Assembly (NCBI GenBank): GCA_002104945.1
Contig: MCFH01000019.1
Span: 682,001 to 746,000 of the forward strand
DNA: 64,000 nucleotides
Direction: 5' to 3'
Source of the DNA: Piromyces finnis finn
Taxonomy: Eukaryota; Fungi; Neocallimastigomycota
Part shown: piece by piece, positions 37,675 to 47,479 of the stretch
Numbering within the stretch: the first letter of the stretch is position 1
Layout: every line of letters begins with the position of its first letter
Program-made: the position numbers and the translations under genes
The notes under the pieces: generated by a model
What the model was told of the DNA's origin: nothing
Database searches by the model: none
The model's input: only the letters and a program-made list of their open reading frames with translations

Positions 37675-37870
37675 TAAAATAACATTATTATTTAAATACA
37701 GTTAATGATAATAAATAAAATAAAAAATAACATTATTATTTAAAATACAATTAATGATAATAAATAAAATAAAAAATAACATTATTATTTAAAATACAAT
37801 TAATGATAATAAATAAAATAAAAAATAACATTATTATTTAAAATACAATTAATGATAATAAATAAAATAA
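37675..37870 (+). repeat. ~45-bp tandem repeat, ~4 copies
   Basis: AAATAACATTATTATTTAAAATACAATTAATGATAATAAATAAAAT repeated. Confidence 0.8.
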
Positions 37871-38510
37871 TAAATTTTATATCATTTTTAATCAATTTAT
37901 GGTTTATATTTAGATATTAATATATAATTTTTGTTAAAGCGACTATAATTTATTAATTAATGCTAAAAAAAGGCTCATATTAATTAAATTCCAATAAATT
38001 TTTTATTTATATAAACTATTAATTAATTAATTAATTAATTAAAAATAAATATAAAAAGGAAAGAAATTCTGTGCAAATTTTTTTCTTTGTACTTTTCATT
38101 TCTTAAATTTATATATTTTAAAATAAAATAAAAGATATAGATTTATTGAGATGGAAGTACAAAACTAAAACAAAGAAAAAAAACAATAATACAAATAATA
38201 ATAATAACAATAATAATTCTATATACTATATGCTCTGTAACTTTGTATCTTCTTGATGATGTTTTTATACCTAAGATTTTCATTAATTTGAGAATTTTTA
38301 AATATACCCAAAACTACCTTGAAATACAATAACAATATACAATATATTATTATAATTATATTAATATAATTATTTTTTTAGTTATTTCTTTTTAGTAACT
38401 ATAAATTAAAATAAAAAATAAAAACAAGATTTCTCAAATGTGTTTATTCATTGCTTACTCCCCAAATTCAAATTTAAAAAACTAAAGAAAATTAGAAATG
38501 AGGAAAGAAA

Positions 38511-38990
38511 TTTGGTACAAACTCAAGGCGGATTCTTATTTATTTTCTAAATATTATTCTCTAAATACTAGAATTGACTAGCGCTTGAACCAAACTTTAC
38601 TTTTGTAACAAAGAATGAAATTTTGGGTACCAACTTAAGGCGGATTCTATTTTGATAATAGAATTGTCGTAGCGCTTAAACCTAAAATTTTAATTTAAAA
38701 ATGAAAAGATTAATCAAGAGCGGATCATTTTATATAAATAATATATATAAATAATATATATAAATAATATATATAAATAATATATAAATAATGAAATGAT
38801 TGACTAGCGCTTGGATCTTTTTTTTTTTAAATTTAAATATGTTAATAATAAAAAATTTTAGAATATACTCTAAAATTTATAATTAATTAAAGGAGCAAAT
38901 CCAAGAGCGGATTCAAATTATTATCTATTTTATTTGAATTAAAATAAAATATATATAAATATTTTGAATTGTCGTAGCGCTTGATCCTTT
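38511..38990 (+). ncRNA. Hairpin-motif cluster 3 (4 units; recent duplicate of cluster 2)
   Basis: Units at +2241 from cluster 2; unit 3 differs by CUUGA->CUUGG, which keeps pairing as U-G. Confidence 0.6.
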
Positions 38991-39990
38991 AATAGTAAAT
39001 ATAATATTAAATAAATATTATAAAAAATAATTTAATAAAAGAATAAAATAAAAAGAAATTTAAAACAAAAAAAAGAAAGATATGAAAATGAGAATATTTA
39101 TTATGTGTTATTAAATTCTGTTTTTAAGCAAAAATATTTACAATAAAAAATTAGCTTTGACATATATAATAATAGTAAATCATTTAAAACCTTCATTATT
39201 ATTTAAAGATAAATTTAATAATAAAAGTTTAAAACAATTAAAACATGAATAAAAAAAGTTATAATAATTGCTATAAGAGTATTTTTATTATGATATAATA
39301 TATTTTATAGATAATAATATAAGGAAAAGAAATATTATATATTAAAAGTTGCAATACAATATATATTTTCATAATAAATGTACTTTAGTATAATAATCGT
39401 GACTTTCAATAAGACTCAGTTTAAAAAGATAAAATTTTTTCAGGAAACAAAAATTATGCTTTCCATTGCTGCCAGTATTTGAGTATTCTTTTGAACAATG
39501 AAAAGAATAAAATATATATTTTATATATACAAATATATGATTACTTTATTTAAATTCCAAGTATAATCTTGTTAATGAAATAATAATTCATAATTTTACA
39601 TATTTCAATTATTATTTTAATTATAAGAAAAGAAAGAACCGATATTTTATAACTTTCAAATACTACTTTTTTGATAATATTTAATACTATAATTGTTGTA
39701 ACACTTTTTAATAAAAATAAAATTTGAAAAAAAAGTAAAATAATTAAAATATACATTATAATAATAAAGTATTAGAAGTTAATGAAATAATTATTCATTA
39801 TTAATTTTACATATCCCAATTATTATTTTAATTATAAAAAAAGAAAAGAACTAATATTTTGAAACTTTCAAATACTACTTTTTTGATAATATTTAAAAAC
39901 TATAATTGTTGAAACACTCTCCAATAAAAATAAAATCTGAAAATAAAAGTATATTTTTTTTTAAGTTTTTTATTTCTTTTTTTTTTTTTC

Positions 39991-40602
39991 ATTATGGTTC
40001 AAGCGCTACGACAATTTATTATAAATTCGAATAAATCCGCTCTTGAGTTTGTACCATAATTTTTTAAAAAAAAGTTTAAGCTAAAAGCGCTTGACAATTA
40101 ATTTATAAATTAATCCGCTCTTTTAAAACTTTCAACTTTTTTACTAATTTTAATATATAATTAATACATTTTTTTAATTATATGACATTATATTATATCA
40201 AAATATACTAAAGGTTCAAGCGCTACGACAATTCATTTCTTAATAACTATTTTTTTAAAAATCAAAAAATAACTATTTTCTTTAAATGAATCCGCCTTGA
40301 GTTGGTACCTTTATATATAGTATAATTTTATTTCATAGAATAAAATCATACATCTTATAAAAAAATAAGGCTCAAGCGCTAGTCAATCATGCCTTTAAAT
40401 GATCCGCTCTTGATACACCTAAGTTTTCTTATTTTCTTTAAAAAATTAGGATTAAGCGCTACGACAATTCATTTTCAAAATGAATCCGCCTTAATTTTGT
40501 ACCCAATTTTTGTTGATAAAAAGAATAAATCTGGTTCAAGCGCTAGTCAATCCCTTTATTTTTAATTTATTTTAACCGGAATCCGCCTTGAGTTTGTACC
40601 AA
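39991..40602 (-). ncRNA. Hairpin-motif cluster 4 (6 units, inverted orientation)
   Basis: Units 40602-40533, 40511-40441, 40423-40366, 40312-40210, 40131-40071 and 40060-39991. Confidence 0.6.
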
Positions 40603-40642
40603 ATTTCTTTTATTTTAATTAATTTTTTATATTTGCTTCTTT

Positions 40643-40824
40643 GTGGGGAGAAAGCAATAACAAACACGTTAAGAGAAATTTATTAATTTAGCTCAATATT
40701 TTTTCATTTAAAAGATTATAACATATATTAAAAAATGTGTTGTTTGTATTTCAAGGTAGTTTAGGGTATATTTAAAAAATTTCAATAATAAGAAATTTTT
40801 GGGTATATAAACATCATCAAGAAA
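40643..40824 (-). promoter_or_regulatory. Conserved upstream boxes of cluster 4
   Basis: Plus-strand GGTATA at 40765 and 40802 (37 bp apart). Reverse complement reads TTCTTGATGATGTTTATATACC, TATACCCTAAACTACCTTGAAATACAA and GTGTTTGTTATTGCTTTCTCCCCA. Confidence 0.55.
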
Positions 40825-42208
40825 ATACAATACTTTTTTTTTTTTGATGTTATTATTTCATATTAATTTTATTTAATAAAAATAATAGCACAAAGAAAAA
40901 AAATATAATAGAGAAAATAACTATTTATATACTTTTTATAAATTTAAATCGATCAAAGTAATAAATATTATTATTATTAATTATAGTTACTTTTAATTTA
41001 AATAATTGTATAGATTATTATTGATATTAATTATAATAATTTCTTTGCCATTAATAAAATTTAGCAAACTCTATTTTAATAAAAATATAAATCTTTCAAA
41101 TATAATTTGAGAATAATTCTATTTATAATCATTTTTAATATAAAAATTTACTATAATTGTTTTATTGCTTATTCTAATAAAAGTATCAAAATATTCAATT
41201 AATATATAAAAAAAAAATAATAAAGCTGTGAAAAAAAAAAGCTGTTTTTTTTTTTTTGTTGTTTCATTTAATTTTATGTGTTGTTCCCAAATTTAAATAA
41301 TATTAATATAACTATTAAATATGAATTTATTAACATACTATAAATATCTAATTTATTAAAATATATTTTGATAGAATATAAAAAAAAAGAATATATTCAT
41401 TAGCATATTGATGATGTATAACATAATTATTTATATTTTTAATATAGAATTAAAATTAAAATTTACTATTTTTATACAATAAGCAATCATAAGGTTGAAG
41501 CTTTAATAGAATTTTTTAAATAATATTTATTACTTCAAACATTGCTGTGTAATTGTTGTGTAACTAATTTTTTTTAACATTTATTAGCTATCATAATCAA
41601 AACTAAACAAGATTAAAAATATATTATTAATGAATGAATTTTAAGCTCACTCGTTTTTTTTTTTACTATTATATATTTAATTTAATTAATATATATTCTC
41701 AATGTTATTATTATTTATAAAAATATTACATAATAAAAATATATTTTTAAGAATTAAGAAATATGAAATATGATTTTAATGATATAAATATTTATAAACA
41801 CATTACATTAACAAATTATTATATAATTTTTCAGTTTATATAGATAAATTACAATTTTAATAATTTTTTAGTTATTTATATATTTATTAACATTTTCAAA
41901 TTAATGGTTATATTTGTTTTAAGGAATAAAAGTAAAAAAAAAATTAATATTAAAAACACATCCACCATTAATATATTAAATAAAAGAAATAATATTATAA
42001 ATGCCAATTTTATATATTTATTCTTACTTTTATTTTTTATATATATTTTTATTAGCTATATATATATAATATTTATTTTTAATAATTTTTTAAATAAAAA
42101 AAAAATTAAATACAATTATTTTATAAAAAATTAATACAATTATTAATAAAAATAATTTAAAAAAAAAAATAAAATTAAAATTAAATTGTTCTTTTACTTA
42201 TTTAATAT

Positions 42209-45200
42209 TTATACCATATATTCAGAAAGAATAACATCAATTTGATCACAATTAATGTATTGAATATCTTCTTTAGGGAAAAAGGGTTGATTAAGAGCAA
42301 AATAAGTGTCTCCTGCTTTTAATTCTTCTTCATTTTGAAGTTCCATTCCACCTCGTGCTTGAATATGAAGTCGAATCAATTCATAAATACTTAAGTGATG
42401 AGGTATAGTATAATATTGAAGAAGTGCTTTTTTGTATTTACTATTCATTTCAGAATATTTTAGATAGTTAGCTTTAGTTATCTCATTTTGACTAATTATA
42501 TTCTCATAATTATATTGATTTGGATAAGGAGTTTGAAGATTTTGATACTTCCAATAATATTCTATAAAATCATTCATATATTTAATAGGTAAGGAGTGAT
42601 CCATCCATATAAATTCTCGGGTTTTACAATCTAACACAAGAGGACAATAATCATTTGTGATAGTGGAAAGTTTGATTTTTTGACGAATATTAGCAACTAT
42701 AAAAGGTTCACTAGAATTTAAGAATTCTATTTCCATCCATCCGAATTCGCCATAATTGTGACCTCCTAAAAGATTAATAATAATATAACGCCCATGTTTT
42801 TCCAATATTTTTTCGATATCAATATCGACATAATTTTTCTCATTATGTCGATTATAATTTTGATATATACCCCATAAATTATTGATTTGTTGATCCTTTT
42901 CAGTGAAAATGCCTTCAAATTTAAACTGATCATTAAATAATTCTAATATCATACTATTATTATATCCTGTAACAAACAATCTCACTTTTTTATAACTTTG
43001 ACCAATAACACAATTTTTCTTTTCTTCTAATTCTTTTTTGAGATTTAATATATTTCTTATAGTTTCAAAAATTTTTTCTTTAATTATATTCAGTCTGTTT
43101 ATTAAAACGTTTTCTTTATTGAAATTTATTTCATTTCTTATTTTAATTTCTAATCTTTTTTCAGCAATATGTAATTTTTTTTCTTCATCTTGACTTATTT
43201 TCAATTTAATTGCAGCATTCTCTATTAATTTTTCTTTTTCTTTTTCTGTAATGTTTTTATAAGAGAGTTTGTATCGTGAACCTTTGGTTAAAACCTCAGT
43301 ATTTTTGGTGGCATTTCTTAAATCAAATGGTAACATTATTTTAGTGAGTTCAGGACTAATGTAAACACCATTTAGTTTTGTTTTACCTTCAAATTTATGA
43401 ATTAATGCTTTATCACATATATTAATAATTTGTTGGTAAAGTTCTTCTTTTAATGGCTCTTTCACCTTGGATGTAACATAAATAGTACTTTGGATATTTT
43501 TTATGTAAAATGCTCTGAATTTTTCTTCTTCGTTGGAAATAGGATTTTAAACTTAAAAGTACTTTTACGGAGGAATTTTCAACAATCGATTCAAAAAGTT
43601 GAATAATCATATCAGTCTGATTATTTTTGGTTAATAATTCATCTAATCTTCTCAAGAATATACCAGGACGTTGAGATAACAATTGAGCAGCTTCCATAGT
43701 ACGATTTCCTTTAAGATATTCAACAACTTTAGAATTAAAAGGTTGACGTTCATGTCGATAGTTTCGACAACTTTTATTAATACTCATATTAATTGAAGAA
43801 ACGGTATTTATTCTTTCTCTAAGAAGTTCTCGATTTAATTTAGGAATAAGGTTTTTAATATTCTCAATTAATAATTTTTGTAAATGTTGATGGCGTGTTT
43901 TATATCCATTCTTTAATAAATAATGGTTATTTTCATGTTTAAAGAAATTTTTATTATTGATAAATTCATTAACCAATAAATCTAATACATTTGTATAAAC
44001 AATAGTAGAAATATTAAGTAAATAATTATTAAGGTAATCTTTTATTTCTTTTGGCATAAATTTGATTTTATTTAACAATTCAAAAATATTTTCATATTCA
44101 TTAATTTCAATAGGATCTTTACATCCAAATAATTGAGAATACATTTTTTTTAATATTTTATTCCCAGTTCTTCCTTTTCCAATTCTAAAAATGTTATTAT
44201 TATTATAATTGTTGTTGTTGTTGTTGTTGTTATTATTGTTGTTACTCCTACTATTATTATTATTATTAAGAATTTGTTGTTGTAAAATATTTTCCATTTC
44301 TATATTCTGTTGATTAATGACTTTTATTATTTTTTCTATATATTGTGTAAATTGTTCATCTTTTTCTAAAAGAAGTTTATATAATCGCTTTTCGTATTTA
44401 ATATCTTTGTTCTGTGGTTCTTTAACAATACAATAACATCCTAATAAATCATTCACTAAATCTGGGTATTTTGATTTATATTTGTTAGGATGAACTTTTT
44501 CACAAAATCTTACCCAAACTGTTTTATTACTCATAATATCTTCATATCGATTGGTACAATGATTTAATAGTTCCATTAATATACGTCTTTGGAGATTACT
44601 AAAGGATTTAAATTTTGGACGTTTCGTTATGTTAGCTGGATTATCATTAGAAAATACTACGGCTAATCGAAGAACATCATTTACATTATGATATTTAGAT
44701 GCAATTTCTTCAATTGGAATATCATCTATGAAAGTTTCAATGATTATATTCATGATTTTAGCAAAATTTTCTTTGTTGATAATTTCTTCAGGAATATACT
44801 TTAAAAAGTTATTTTCATAAGTTATAAACAATTGTACATCATTAATATCACTGCTTGAGATTGCTTCTGGCGAATTGGTTAAATTAGATATTATTTGATT
44901 GAATTCGGATTCTTGTCCTAACGAAATAACTTTTAATTTAACATCTTTAATTTCATATTTTATGGTAAATAAATTATCATCCTTTTCAAAATTACTTTTA
45001 TAGCTCATTGGTATATTTTTAATGGAATAATTTAATGATTCTAAAACATAAAGCCATTTACAATAATAATAGTAAAGTTCTTCAAAACTTTGATATAATT
45101 CTTTATTCTTTAATTTTTCTTTTAAATCTTTTAAATCTTCACTGTAGAGATTTTCTCCTATAATAGATATTATATTATGACAAAATCCATCAAATTCAAT

Positions 45201-47033
45201 ATTATTATAAAGTGCAATAGTTTTTAAAAGAGGAATATCAATAACATAGCCATATTTGAATATGACTTCATTAAAAAAGAGTGCTGAACTTAATTTGTTT
45301 AAAAATATATTAGTTTCTTTTTCAATTAAAGAATGAATTGCTTTTTTTAAATTTGTATTTTTAATAACTTGATTTTTTTTGATTTGTTTTCCATTCTCAA
45401 ATTCAATATCTTTATCCTCTATCGTTAAAACACAATATAAAAGTTTGCATTCTTTGACTGTTACTGGATTGGATAATCTGGATATGACTGGATCTTTTTG
45501 AATTGCTTTTTCAATAATTTCTTTATATACTAAATTTAAATCTTCTTTTGTATCTGTGATAAACTTACAACGTTTGTTCATAAGTATTTTATTAAAAATA
45601 TGTCTTTTGGAAAATTCTTTAAACTCAGAAATTAATTCACGATATTCTTCAGTCTGATATGCCTTACTTGTGAGAAATGATTGAACACAATATGAATTGG
45701 AAAAACTATACCACAAAGTTTTGTTTTTAGAATATTCTTCAATTCTATTTGTACAACGATTTAATAATTTCATTAAAAACTCGACATGATAATTTAAAAG
45801 ATTAAATATTAAAAATTTATTCAAAGGATCATCATAATAGTCGGAAAAACCGCAGGCCATAATTAATACGTTTTCTACATTAATTTCGATATTTGAATTT
45901 TCTAATAAATTCATAATTAAATTTTCTTCTTCATTTCCATATCTTTGAAGTATTTGAGAAATAATAAACACTAAATTTTTATAATTTGGTATAATTTGAG
46001 GGATAAAATCTTTAAATTGATCTTTCTCATTATAATTATAATTTTTTTTCATTAGAGCTAAACTTATAGCCATTCTTTCATCTTTAGAAAATAATGTATT
46101 TGTTTGAATAGCAATTTTTAATCTATTTTTTATTTTTTCAACAGCATTACTATTATACCTTTTCTTATAAATACAACTACAAACAAAGCATAAATTTTCA
46201 ATAATTAATGGTAAAGATTCTGGAACAAAATTTTCATATTCACCAAAGTAGTTGATAATTGTTTCTATATCTCTTTTCTCATCATATAAGAATTTGTTTG
46301 GAGATTCCAAAATATATGTCATTATTTGACCTATTTCCAAAGTAGTTCCTTCAGTAAGTACATTTTTGTAAATAACCATTCTAAATTGTTTTTTATTTTT
46401 TGATTTATAATCTATGGGAAGTTTACTAATATCATAGTCTGATGAATGTTGCAAACAATATAACCATTCATTATACATTTTGTAAATGTTTGGTATATCT
46501 AACCTCACTAGTGGAAAATTTGGAAATTTAACGCAATACATATTTCCTTCAATATTTTTTACTAATTCATTATTAAAAGATTCAATTTGATTTTCATTAA
46601 AAAATGCAATTCTATTAATGATATTAATGTCAAGACAATAATTAAAACATGAGATATTATCATTCAGAACAAGAGGTAATTTTAATTTTTCAAGTATTCT
46701 TGTAGCTTCATTTTTTATCAATTCATTTAAATTATTCATAAAGGTTTCATTTTTAGTAATATCTTCTTTTAAATTTTTATTTTTCTTGATACTTATTATT
46801 TCTTTATATTTAAATACAAAAACTATTTCATCATTTACTTTAATGGTAGAATTTAAAAAGTTGCAATCTTCAACTGTAATATTATATGAGCTATTTGCAA
46901 AATATTTATTTTCTTTAATTGCATTTCTAATATTTTCTATATAAAAGTTATTTATACTATATTCTGTATTATCATAAATATTAAATAAAATTTTTCTACA
47001 TCTTCTTATAAGAACCGGACTTAAATTATCCAT
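42209..47033 (-). CDS. ~1,600-aa intronless bacterial-type protein with a C-terminal TerD-like domain; one frameshift at ~43520-43535
   Basis: Motifs recalled from a bacterial TerD-associated family: KLKVISLG, DVLRLAV, FKSFS..QRR.LMELL, WVRFCEKVHP, FNSKV, QRPGIFLRRLDELL, VYISPEL..IMLPF..R, and VDIDIEK...GRYIII...CPLVLD...REFIWMD. Shifting frame at CAACGAAGAAGAAAAATTC gives ...EEKFRAFYIK...KEPLKEE and joins the two ORFs. Confidence 0.7.
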
Positions 47034-47479
47034 TATTTTACAATAAATAAATTCTTATGATATTTATGATATTATATTCTTATATAATACTAAGAATCTA
47101 ATTTAGATTAAAAAAAAAAAAAAATAAAATAAAATAAAATAGCATATTTATATTCATTTTTAATTATTTTATTTAATATTAGAATATTCTTAAAAAAGGA
47201 ATATCTATATATTAATTATCTTAACCATATTCATAAATATTTTTATTTTAAAAATTAAAATAATTATTTTGTAGAAATCTTATTGGTCTATTAAAATTTT
47301 AAATTTTATTATTAAATATTATGAATACAAATATTAAAAAAGTCAAAAAATTATTTAAAAAATGTGGTTTATATTATAAATATTTAAACAATTTTTTTTT
47401 TAAATTTTTATTGGTCTATCAAAATTTATATGAAAATTTATGTAAATCCATTGATACAAAAATAAAGGTGGATAATCAC

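Noticed and set aside
39995-40010. GGTTCAAGCGC as TFIIIC B-box insulator sites
   Set aside because: It does not fit GTTCRANNC, and the motif changes to GGTTTAAG/GGATTAAG with compensatory partners, which points to pairing rather than a linear site.
33923-40602. Hairpin clusters as a CRISPR array or integron attC sites
   Set aside because: The variable parts are self-complementary AT-rich loops, not uniform foreign spacers; there are no cas or integrase genes and no RYYYAAC/GTTRRRY cores.
39550-42134. Small ORFs 39550..39756 and 41904..42134 as partners of the hairpin system
   Set aside because: Low-complexity I/K/F/N/Y composition expected by chance in very AT-rich DNA; no motifs.
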